Assembly: GCA_965228875.1 (NCBI GenBank)
Contig: OZ245843.1
Coordinates: forward strand, 3,082,616-3,146,615
Direction: 5' to 3'
Source of the DNA: Thalassobaculaceae bacterium
GTDB taxonomy: Bacteria > Pseudomonadota > Alphaproteobacteria > Thalassobaculales > Thalassobaculaceae
Length of the DNA: 64,000 bases
A program made the position numbers and the translations under genes. Positions 50,792 through 59,811 of this stretch are shown here, piece after piece; position 1 is the stretch's first letter, and every line of letters starts with the position of its first letter. Below the pieces are notes generated by a model that was not told the origin of the DNA, made no database searches, and worked only from the letters and a program-made list of their open reading frames with translations.

Positions 50792-51724
50792 TCAGCCAAG
50801 ATACCTGTTCTCCCGATGCCACTCGAGTGCCTCAGGCGCAGGCATCGCCTCCTTTCGCCGCGGAGGGCGTATCGTCGTTCCCTGGAGCTCGTAGTAGTGC
50901 CTGCCGTTATCAAAATCCGCACGCAACCTGCTACTCACCTCGAAGCGGTTATCCGGCGCCACAGTCACATATCCCAGATCGAACAGCCGATGAATGTCCG
51001 TCCGCAATAGGAGCCCGTTCGACACCGCGTGCTCGCCACCGGCCTCGTACGCCTGGATATGTGCAGCGTCGAGTATAGGTAGTGTCTTCTCACCCGACAC
51101 CGCGCATCGGCGATCATAGCTGTCCGTGATTGCGAGCCTGAAGGCGCCCTGGCCCAACCGCGGCTTTATAAGGGTTGGGGTACCAAACCGTGCCACCGGC
51201 GTCTCGATGGCCGGTGCCGCGGGCATTGAGGCCAGCATCCGCTCCGACACTGCGTCCCAGATGTACTTCCCATCGCCCTCGGCGGTGCTGAAGCCTTTTC
51301 CCTGGACAATGTTCGGCGCCCAGCTATCCGGTACCGGTGCCCATAGCTCCCGAGGCCAGAAGAACGGCTGCGTCAGGATCCGGCATCCAACCAGCGGATC
51401 CTGGCGCACGTTCAGGATCGTGGGGTCTTTTCGGTACTTCGCGATGCGGGCTCGCATTTCGGCGCTGGTGGCCGCGCCGTTCTTCTCGCCGAAGGCTTCC
51501 CATGCCAACGACATTGGGACGATCGTCGAGTGCCCGAAAACGCCTCCGCCAACGATGAAATTGTCGGGAGCATGCAGCTTGAACAGGAAGAGCTCACCGG
51601 GTTTCAAAGTACGGAACTGCGTGCTGCCGCTCGGCTGCCAGAAGTTCACCTCGTCATGCGGAGCAGATGCTCCGAGCGTTTCAAACCAGGCTCGGTCCGT
51701 GACCCCGACGAATAAGCGGATCAT
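50792..51724 (-). CDS. HNH endonuclease with EVE/PUA-like N-terminus
   Basis: RLGQGAFR, YDRRCAVSG, LDAAHI, NGLLLRTDIHRLFD; N-terminal NFWQP..LKPGELFLF..IVGGG. Confidence 0.85.
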   Translation of the reverse strand: MIRLFVGVTDRAWFETLGASAPHDEVNFWQPSGSTQFRTLKPGELFLFKLHAPDNFIVGGGVFGHSTIVPMSLAWEAFGEKNGAATSAEMRARIAKYRKDPTILNVRQDPLVGCRILTQPFFWPRELWAPVPDSWAPNIVQGKGFSTAEGDGKYIWDAVSERMLASMPAAPAIETPVARFGTPTLIKPRLGQGAFRLAITDSYDRRCAVSGEKTLPILDAAHIQAYEAGGEHAVSNGLLLRTDIHRLFDLGYVTVAPDNRFEVSSRLRADFDNGRHYYELQGTTIRPPRRKEAMPAPEALEWHRENRYLG

Positions 51725-51831
51725 GTCTCACCGCTCGATGTGTAAGGCGGCGAGACGGTGAAGTTGACGAGCCACACTGTGTTTTCACCCATCCCAATGA
51801 ATTTGCAGGATGGCACCGCGATTTACTGCTC

Positions 51832-54423
51832 TCAACCAGAAGCTGATAGGTGGTCATCTTCCATTTCGTCGATCTTCCGGATGATGTTCGGGTCGGACCC
51901 TTCGCCATGGATCATGGCGATGAGTTCATGAAGGATATCGGCATTGCGCTCGAAACGGCGCGCGGCGGCATTATGCTTGGCCGCGACGGGACCGCGCGCT
52001 CGATCGCGCAACCGCTCCGCATCCATTTTGAATTGCTCGTTTCGACCCTGTGCGTCTACGAGTAGATTGATCAGGGTCCTGCCCGCAATCCCACCCTCTG
52101 GATCAATGAAGTTTGGGCGCACTCGGCGATGGCGAAGCAACGCGGCAAGCATTAGCAGCGATGCTTTGAACCTGCGCTTGTAGGCATCCTCTCTAGGGAC
52201 ATTGTTCTCGTCGTCTAGCTGCTCGCAGGTTTCCTGAAGGATCATGTTGGCCGTAGGTGTGCGTAGGACTTCAGCTGCCTCGTGGCACGTGCCTAAAACT
52301 CGACCAATCGCCGAAAACTCCGCCGCAACCAGCTTCCCAGCCCCCTCGAGCCTTCTGTCGACCGAATCAAAATACTCGACAAGTTCCTCAGCCGAATGCA
52401 CGACCCGACCTAACCCCTCGCGGTACAAGGTATGGTGCACAGGGAACTCAGAACGCCCACCGTACTTCGCGAGTAGGAGTTCTGTGACAGAAGCGGGGCT
52501 CCGCCAGAAGCACCAAGAGGCGAACCCGACGATGTCCCCCAGCAATTTCTCGTTGTTCCGAAGTCGCCGGTGCGCAAGCACCTCTTTAAGCTCATTACCG
52601 ACCTTCTTCAGGGCGGCGTTCAAGAGATTTTCAGCGCCCTCGGGAACGCGGAACTCGCCATTCGTCTCAGGCAAATAACCATCGCTGTCGAGAGCTCGGA
52701 AACTTCCAAGGTCATTGCAATCCAGACCCATCCTACGAGCCACATAGGAAGGAGTCTCTGGCTTGCTGAAACGTTCGCGGAGCGCTTGGAGTGCCTTGCG
52801 CCCACGATGGTCCACGTCTCCTGAACGTATCAGCGGGATGTCTATGTACGCCTGCAGCTGTCCTAGCAGATCGCCCTTCGGATGGCCTGAGTACCAGAGG
52901 AAAGGGTGCCCCGGCGTAGAAACGGCATCTGGGTAAGACAGGCCTCGCTGACCGCTTAGGCTCTCGAGGATCTCTTCCTTGGTTTGGTCGACCAACTCCA
53001 TCGTGGACCAATCGAGTTCGATCGGGCGTCGACGGAGAGCCTCGAAGGTGTCCGATGCAACCCGAACCTGCGCGAAACCCTGCCCAGGAGATTGCTCGAC
53101 GCTGACGAAGATCCGATGATCCTTGTCCGCCTCTTCCGGCAGATTGACTTCAGCTTTACGCCCGGTTGGAAAATCCTCCTTGAAGAGGAAGAAGACCGGC
53201 CGGACCGCGCCTTTTCCAATGGAGAAATCTCCTGGCGCCGCCCCCCTGTACACCATGCCCCCCGGCAAGCGCTTATGCTTGGGAATAAGCTCAACGAACC
53301 GGGGCTCACCGCCCACCAAGGCATTGATCTCCAACTGAGGCAGAAAGTCGTAGTAGACCGGTGCTCCGGCCGCGGCTCTGAGCGCAGCCGACAGGCATCC
53401 GCTGGCCACGAGGCCTCCGCCGCCTTGAAAAGCCGGGACATCGGGGACACCGATCGCCTGCAACACTGTCTGGGCCCATGTCTCGTTTCCCGCCATCGGT
53501 CCTTCAATGATCAGGGCTTCAGTTGCCGCGACACGCTCGAGGAACTCCTCTGGAATATCGGTCCGAGAAATGGCGACACGCGGCATCGCTCCGTCCGGAA
53601 CGCGTCGCCAGGAACGGTTTGGCAGACGAATGAGCTCGAAGCCCGGCCGTTCTCCGACCGAAAAACGCCACGGTGTATTGGCGGTCGAAAGTGTCTCCTC
53701 ATCGACAGCCTGCATTCGCGTAGCGAGTTCCAATATCCCCCGCTCGACCACCACTTCACCGGCACACGCCTGTCGGACCTCAAGACCGGCCTCACTGCGC
53801 TCGGGAACCCACAGATCGGTTTCCCTCCAGCGTTCCCTGACCAGTTTGGCGTCCGCGAATTGGATACCGCCACTCATCAACGAGAGCACTCCAATCCGCA
53901 TGTCGGGTTCCGGCTGAAAACCGCGATGATCGATCGGTTCCTCTAGCCACCCCAAAATCGCCGCGATCGGACGCCACAATAATGTGGAGCGAAGCCGACG
54001 GGTCTGAGATAACAACCGGAGCAGCCGATCTCTGGCGGGTTCATCAAAACTCGCGGCATCCGGGACCGCCACATGTACTGAACTTGGTTCTTCGACAAGG
54101 CCGTCAAGAAACATGGTGACGGCCTCTGCTTGCTCTTGCGTCAAGCAGTCTGAGGCGATCGCTTTTAGTACATCAGCCCAGAAAATGCGGTTCTCTGCGC
54201 CTCCGATCTCTCTTCCCCAACCCGGACCGCGACCGTGGGGAGCGAGAGCCGCCTGTAGACCGCCAATCCACCGGTAAGTCCCGACCTCGACATTCTGACC
54301 GGCCACCAGCCGAACGATTGAACCGCGAATTCCTAAATCCTTCAGGATCGGCTCGTTCTCGCCGTCACCTTCGGTAGCGAAATCCCAGAGTCCGTTCAGA
54401 TCAAAGCCGAGTGCGTTCCTCAT
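51832..54423 (-). CDS. Divergent Hsp70/actin-fold protein with helical C-terminus (CoCoNuT type III component)
   Basis: LGFDLNG start; VAVPDAASFDEPARDRL...LLWRPIAAILGW parallels Hsp70 ITVPAYFND.QRQ...IINEPTAAALAY. Confidence 0.65.
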   Translation of the reverse strand: MRNALGFDLNGLWDFATEGDGENEPILKDLGIRGSIVRLVAGQNVEVGTYRWIGGLQAALAPHGRGPGWGREIGGAENRIFWADVLKAIASDCLTQEQAEAVTMFLDGLVEEPSSVHVAVPDAASFDEPARDRLLRLLSQTRRLRSTLLWRPIAAILGWLEEPIDHRGFQPEPDMRIGVLSLMSGGIQFADAKLVRERWRETDLWVPERSEAGLEVRQACAGEVVVERGILELATRMQAVDEETLSTANTPWRFSVGERPGFELIRLPNRSWRRVPDGAMPRVAISRTDIPEEFLERVAATEALIIEGPMAGNETWAQTVLQAIGVPDVPAFQGGGGLVASGCLSAALRAAAGAPVYYDFLPQLEINALVGGEPRFVELIPKHKRLPGGMVYRGAAPGDFSIGKGAVRPVFFLFKEDFPTGRKAEVNLPEEADKDHRIFVSVEQSPGQGFAQVRVASDTFEALRRRPIELDWSTMELVDQTKEEILESLSGQRGLSYPDAVSTPGHPFLWYSGHPKGDLLGQLQAYIDIPLIRSGDVDHRGRKALQALRERFSKPETPSYVARRMGLDCNDLGSFRALDSDGYLPETNGEFRVPEGAENLLNAALKKVGNELKEVLAHRRLRNNEKLLGDIVGFASWCFWRSPASVTELLLAKYGGRSEFPVHHTLYREGLGRVVHSAEELVEYFDSVDRRLEGAGKLVAAEFSAIGRVLGTCHEAAEVLRTPTANMILQETCEQLDDENNVPREDAYKRRFKASLLMLAALLRHRRVRPNFIDPEGGIAGRTLINLLVDAQGRNEQFKMDAERLRDRARGPVAAKHNAAARRFERNADILHELIAMIHGEGSDPNIIRKIDEMEDDHLSASG

Positions 54424-56039
54424 GGGGAAAGAGCCTGCTCAATCACGGCAGCGAGCTCTTCGCCCAGAAGGCCCAGCGCATCCGCCAAATGGGAGTACCA
54501 GGGGCCGAACTCGACCCCCGTAACGTGTTCCGCACTCTGCAATCTGACGCTGGACTCCGGATCCAAGGCGGCCAAAAGAACAACGCCACCTGCCAGCATT
54601 GACCTATCCCGAAACAGCCGAATTGCTTCGTTCGCCGACTCGACCAACTCAGCGAGGTCAACGCCCTCGCTTGCGCTGTGCAGCGTCCAGACTGGCAAGT
54701 ACTTGAAGTCACCTCCATCATAGTCGGATATCCGCAGCCAAGCGGACGCACCTAGCTCCTTCATTACGTCGCGAACATCCTCGGAATCCCCACTCAGTAC
54801 CTCTGCGACCCATCGGTTCTCCTCGTCAGCGACCGCAACCAGAGGGTCGTCGTGGAGGAGCCACTCACCTCGGCGATGCTCCAACCTTACAAAGACGGGG
54901 GATGCGGCAGCCAAATGCGTCTTGCCCAGTGCGAGCAGGGCATGTGCCAGGCTAACTTTGCAGAACTCTGCCCAAGATCTGCGTTGCCAACGCCATAGGT
55001 CGTCCATCACGCGTTCGCGATGAATTATCTCCTGCCAGGCTGTCCAGACATGTTGATACCGGTTGTCGTGCAATAGGACATAGTTCGGCTGGACGACCTC
55101 GGGTGCCCGCATGACGCCCTGATCCTCGAGCTCAAGGGAGAGCCGCCGACACTCGCGCTGATACTGCTGCACGAGGGCATACCGCATAGTACGGCGCGTA
55201 GCCCGACCACGAGCTCGCTCGGCGTTAAGAGTGAGGTACTCGCGCGCTCCGCTCACCGTACGATCCAGGAGGTCCCGAAACACCCGGTTCTCAAGCGTAT
55301 TCCGGTTCTCGTAGCGGGATAGAGCCAGGATGCGTTGCCGTCCCCCTGCACGTTGTACAAGGCTGTTCCCCGGCTGCCTCGATAGCCATTGCATGCACTG
55401 TGTGTCGAGTTCCTGCACCCGGGACAAAGGGACGAGCTCGCGCTGGCGGTTAAGGACGCGACGTGGGTGCTCCGCGATCTCTGACCATCGGGCTCTGTGC
55501 TCCCGAGCATGCCGAACCAACACATCCATGGTCGGGTCACTTTGAGGCTCGGGATCGAGCCACCTATCCAGCACAAAGTCCCAGGGCTCGCGAGCGTCAG
55601 ACTGTGCGGCCTCAAAGTCGTGCATCCGCGACAGGATCGCGAGCATGAAGTCGAATGCTGGTTGGCCTGCGGCTACCTGGCCGTCGTCTGCTGCTCGAAG
55701 AACCGGCCGATCGACACCGCCATCCCACCGGAATTCTAGCTCTGAGGTCCACGATGCGTGACGCAATCGCTGCGGTTCAGATGCGTGGATCGGCACAGGG
55801 AGATCATAGACGATCTGCCGCTCGTGGAGTCGCGTTCTGATGCCGACAAAACTCTCTACCGTGTCCGCGCGGCCATTCAGGAAAACCTGTTGAGCATCAT
55901 CACAGAACAGCAGAGGTGAAACGGTCGCTGTCGTGTCCACTGACGCCGTGGAATCGGCAATCGCAGCCCGCGTCTTAGAGAGACCTACCAGCCCCCAAGG
56001 AACATGCAGGATTAGGAAGCCGGACATACTTGCGCTCAC
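54420..56039 (-). CDS. McrC-like DUF2357 protein (CnuC-like)
   Basis: NTLENRVF and PNYVLLHDNRYQHVW motifs; coupled to the McrB-like gene. Confidence 0.8.
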   Translation of the reverse strand: MSASMSGFLILHVPWGLVGLSKTRAAIADSTASVDTTATVSPLLFCDDAQQVFLNGRADTVESFVGIRTRLHERQIVYDLPVPIHASEPQRLRHASWTSELEFRWDGGVDRPVLRAADDGQVAAGQPAFDFMLAILSRMHDFEAAQSDAREPWDFVLDRWLDPEPQSDPTMDVLVRHAREHRARWSEIAEHPRRVLNRQRELVPLSRVQELDTQCMQWLSRQPGNSLVQRAGGRQRILALSRYENRNTLENRVFRDLLDRTVSGAREYLTLNAERARGRATRRTMRYALVQQYQRECRRLSLELEDQGVMRAPEVVQPNYVLLHDNRYQHVWTAWQEIIHRERVMDDLWRWQRRSWAEFCKVSLAHALLALGKTHLAAASPVFVRLEHRRGEWLLHDDPLVAVADEENRWVAEVLSGDSEDVRDVMKELGASAWLRISDYDGGDFKYLPVWTLHSASEGVDLAELVESANEAIRLFRDRSMLAGGVVLLAALDPESSVRLQSAEHVTGVEFGPWYSHLADALGLLGEELAAVIEQALSP

Positions 56040-58168
56040 TAGGACTGACGTGTGAAGCCACGCCAGACAAACAGGCCGTTCGACTCTCGTGATCGCAACA
56101 CCGCATCGTTGATCTCGTTGGCCAGCGTTCCATCCTGGAGCTCATTGCTGGCGATATCGGCCAGATCACGAAGAGGTCGGCTGTGCTCTTCAGCAACCAA
56201 ACCCCTTAACCTCGGCAGGATCCGCTGTTCGATCTGATCAGCAAGCGCAAAGTTCACCTGACCTATGTTATCGGTTCGGTTGGTTGCTGCCGGGTAATTC
56301 GCAACATAGTGCATCATCGCCTGGCCCATGCGATGACCGAACGGTCGGCCTAGCTCATTCATGACATCATTGATCTGCCCGACCACCTTCGAGGCTCGGG
56401 CTTGCTGAGATCCATCGAGTTTGTCGGCGCCGCGGATCCACGACCGTGCCCAGCGTGATTTCGGGAGAAAGCCCTTGGCAACGTACCTACTATCACTGGT
56501 GGGTAATGCCTCTTCGAGCTTTACTGGCTTGGGGAACCGCAGCACGTTGGCGCGGTCCAACACCTTGTCGGAGAGCGCGAGGGTCGACTCATCCTCGTTC
56601 ATAGTACCGACGAACAGAACGTTCTGCCCCACATAGACTCGCTTGCCTTGTCCGGCCTGGCTGACGTCGATGTCGATCTCTGAAGGGCGCCTATCATCGG
56701 CGGTCATCGAACTCTCGTCGAACGGCCGCCCCTCTAAACGACTTAAGAATTCTGAAAAGTAGTACTCGACACGAGCCAAGTTCATTTCATCGAGAAGAAC
56801 AAGCAACATTCTATCTTTATAATCTTCCGCCAATTCTTCCCAGTTCTCGGCATCAAGGTGGACAAGCGCACGAGCCAAGTCTGTCGCCTTGTACTTCTTC
56901 TCAATGTAGTTATAGAAACCGAATAGGTCCTGCGGACCATCCCATCTAGGCTGGACGGGAACCTTCAGAAAATGCACGCCCATCGCATCAGCGTAGTAGC
57001 GAGGAAGTTGGCTCTTTCCGGTGCCGCTGATGCCAGCCAGCACGGTAAGTGGCGAGATCACAGCTGTCTTCAGGCAGGTGTGGAAGGCGTTGACAGTGCG
57101 CTGTGGGAACTCGAGACCACTTTCGCGAAGGTGCTTCATCACCCGCTGAAGCGCATCGACTTCCTGCTCAGCTGCCATCTGATCGGGCAGAACGATATCG
57201 AACTGCCCGTCGTCTATCTCGCGGGCAAGACATGCGGGCGGCTTCGTCAGGTCGGCGAGAGCCTTATCATCAGTCTGTTTCCCGGTTTCCGAACCGTCGA
57301 TGTCGCTGAGCTCCTCGCGTAGGCGCTCGATGCGGGCCATCAGGCGGCCCTCGGTCGCCTCTTTCTCATCCAGAGAACGCAAGAGTTCATCGCGGCGAGA
57401 GGTCAATCCGGATAGCTCGCCTTCAACCTGCTTAACCTCAGCTTTAAGAGGGTCAAGCTGGGCCAGAGCATCCCTGGCATCTTCGACTGCAGTCTCTGCT
57501 TCCAACTTCTCTCGGGACAGCCGAGCAACCGCAGCCTCAAGCTCGTCAGCCTCTTCATGAAGTGCACGGGTACGCTCCCGAGCTCGCTCAACCTCAACTC
57601 CCAGTTCGCCCTTTTCGTGTTTCAAACTGGCTATGCGGTTCTCCAACTCCTCAACCGCGTCCCGAAGTTCAGCCTGCTGAGCATCAAGCCTCTCCTCTTC
57701 TGCTGCGATATTCTTGAGGCGTTCGTCTGCGGCCATAACACGCGCGCTAGCCTCGTCAGCCGCAGCTGTTTGCTCGCGCAGTTGTCCTTCCGCGATGGTC
57801 AGTTCCTCAAGCGCCTGCCGGTATTCCTCGCGGACCTCCTCGATTTCACGACGCTGGTCCGACAGGGCATCGTACTCCGCTCTCGCGGTCTCAGCGGCCG
57901 TGCGCCAATACTCCGCCTCGAGTTCGGCTTTCTCTCGTTCAGCAAGGGCGACCTCCTTGCGCTTCAGCTGCTCATCCAGTTCCTGGAGTCGCGCCTCCTG
58001 ACCACCAATCAAGACCTCGAGTTCTCCCAGGCGAGCCGCAGCCGGGAGGCGGTCGAATGCAATTTGATGTTGAACTCCAGCGCCAAACGAGAAGGCTAGA
58101 GTTAGTGCGACACAGAGTGCCGCCACGACGAGTGCGATCACGTCCGGCTCAAATAACCAATCCATCAC
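56039..58168 (-). CDS. TM plus coiled-coil McrB-family AAA+ GTPase (CnuB-like)
   Basis: N-terminal TM, long coiled coil, GISGTGKS, LLDEMNLARVEYYFSEFLS, GTMNED (NxD), KVLDRA. Confidence 0.9.
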   Translation of the reverse strand: MMDWLFEPDVIALVVAALCVALTLAFSFGAGVQHQIAFDRLPAAARLGELEVLIGGQEARLQELDEQLKRKEVALAEREKAELEAEYWRTAAETARAEYDALSDQRREIEEVREEYRQALEELTIAEGQLREQTAAADEASARVMAADERLKNIAAEEERLDAQQAELRDAVEELENRIASLKHEKGELGVEVERARERTRALHEEADELEAAVARLSREKLEAETAVEDARDALAQLDPLKAEVKQVEGELSGLTSRRDELLRSLDEKEATEGRLMARIERLREELSDIDGSETGKQTDDKALADLTKPPACLAREIDDGQFDIVLPDQMAAEQEVDALQRVMKHLRESGLEFPQRTVNAFHTCLKTAVISPLTVLAGISGTGKSQLPRYYADAMGVHFLKVPVQPRWDGPQDLFGFYNYIEKKYKATDLARALVHLDAENWEELAEDYKDRMLLVLLDEMNLARVEYYFSEFLSRLEGRPFDESSMTADDRRPSEIDIDVSQAGQGKRVYVGQNVLFVGTMNEDESTLALSDKVLDRANVLRFPKPVKLEEALPTSDSRYVAKGFLPKSRWARSWIRGADKLDGSQQARASKVVGQINDVMNELGRPFGHRMGQAMMHYVANYPAATNRTDNIGQVNFALADQIEQRILPRLRGLVAEEHSRPLRDLADIASNELQDGTLANEINDAVLRSRESNGLFVWRGFTRQS

Positions 58169-58194
58169 TCGTTTCCTCGTTCCTGGCGTAGTAT

Positions 58195-59811
58195 TTACTG
58201 CTGCACGGGTTTATCTGTTTGCTCAGCCGTTGGTGGCGCTGGGATTGTCGCCTCGAGCATCTGGCGCCTTACTTCGAGTTCTGAGATTGTTGTACTGAGA
58301 GCTTGAAGCTCGCCTCTCCGGCTCGCTACCCGGGCGAGAAGTTGGGTGACTTCAGCCTCGTGTTTCGATACCTTTGTCAGTAATTGCTGTTGCTGATTCC
58401 GAAGCTCCTGGACGCTTTCCTCGAGAGCTTGTTTTGCGCCACTCAGCGAGGATTCCTCGCCCTTCAGCGTCGCCACCTGCTCTTGTAACGCTTGCGCCTC
58501 CACCACAGACGCCTGAATTACCTGCAGATCTTGTTCTGCGCGCGTCAGCTGTTCACGCGTGCTTGCCAATGCTTGTTGCGCTTCGGTTCGCTCAGCCTCT
58601 ACCGCGTCTAGGGTCTTGCGCTGAGCTCTCAGGTCAGCGATCTCGCGTTCGAGTTTGGCCTTTTGCTCCGTCTCGGCGACGATGTGAGCTAGCGATTCAC
58701 GGGCTACGGAGAGCGCCTGCTCAACTTCAATGCGCTTCTGTTCGACGTCCTTCAACGTCCCTTGCTTGGCGATGAGATTGGCAATTTCGCGAACCAACAC
58801 CGCCTTCTCCGACCTCGCAACATCGGCTTGGTCAGACGCTTCCCGAACGTCAGCGGCAGCCTTCGTAAGCAATGCCTCCGCAGTCTTTAGCTCTGCAGAT
58901 GTGGATTCGAGGTCAGCCCGTTCCGTCTTTAAGCCTGCAATATCCGTCTCTAGACCCCGCTTGCTGGCTTCAAGGACGGCGACCTCTGCTGCCAACCTTT
59001 CTCGCTGCAGCACCACTTCGGCCAATATCTGCTGCTCGCTCGCAAGGTTGGTCCGAGCTTCGCGCGCTCGCGCAGAGGCGTCCTCCATCGACGTTTGTAG
59101 CGACGCCAGTCGGTCTTCTCTGTCACGTACCTGCGCATCGAGCTCGTCTCGACGCTGCTCAATCGACGCCATGGCGATCTTCAACGTGGAACGCTGCTCC
59201 AATACCTCGTCGGCTTCGGTGCGCGCTGAGACCCGTTGCTTATCAAGATCGGCCACGTCCGCACGCAGATCATTTAAGCGCTTCTGCTCAGCAGAGGCGG
59301 CTGAGCGTGCCTCGTCAGCCTCTCGCCGCGCGCCATCTCGTTCACGCTTCTGAGCCAATATGTCGTTCTGAAGGTCGTCTCTTTCCTTCCGTCGGTCCTG
59401 AATTTCACTACTTAGACCGGTTAGCTTGGCGCGCTCAGTTGCGCCTTCTTCGATAATTTTCTGAGCATCGTCAGCACGTTGCTCCAGAGATTCCTGTTGC
59501 TGCTCTAGAGTCTGAACGGTCATGGCAAGTTCCTGTCGTCTCGTCGTCAGGTCTGCCAACTGGGTCTCAAGCTCAAAAGCCTGGGATTTCGAAGAGTCGA
59601 CCCTCTGTAAGAGAAGCGCGAGTTCCTGCCTCAGAGACGCTCGTTCAGTCACCGACTTCAGCACCGTGATCCCAAGCACGGCGATCGCTAACAGCCCGAT
59701 GGCTGCCAACGAGGCAAGTAGAACAAGCCGAGGACGGCCAGCCTGCCTCCCAGAATCTCTGGCAAGCCTTTCGGAGATGCTAGGCTCTGTACTCGGCTTC
59801 AATTCGCTCAA
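58195..59811 (-). CDS. Membrane-anchored long coiled-coil protein (CnuA-like)
   Basis: TTG start with GGAG RBS; TM LVLLASLAAIGLLAIAVLGITVL followed by a very long heptad-rich region. Confidence 0.82.
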   Translation of the reverse strand: MSELKPSTEPSISERLARDSGRQAGRPRLVLLASLAAIGLLAIAVLGITVLKSVTERASLRQELALLLQRVDSSKSQAFELETQLADLTTRRQELAMTVQTLEQQQESLEQRADDAQKIIEEGATERAKLTGLSSEIQDRRKERDDLQNDILAQKRERDGARREADEARSAASAEQKRLNDLRADVADLDKQRVSARTEADEVLEQRSTLKIAMASIEQRRDELDAQVRDREDRLASLQTSMEDASARAREARTNLASEQQILAEVVLQRERLAAEVAVLEASKRGLETDIAGLKTERADLESTSAELKTAEALLTKAAADVREASDQADVARSEKAVLVREIANLIAKQGTLKDVEQKRIEVEQALSVARESLAHIVAETEQKAKLEREIADLRAQRKTLDAVEAERTEAQQALASTREQLTRAEQDLQVIQASVVEAQALQEQVATLKGEESSLSGAKQALEESVQELRNQQQQLLTKVSKHEAEVTQLLARVASRRGELQALSTTISELEVRRQMLEATIPAPPTAEQTDKPVQQ

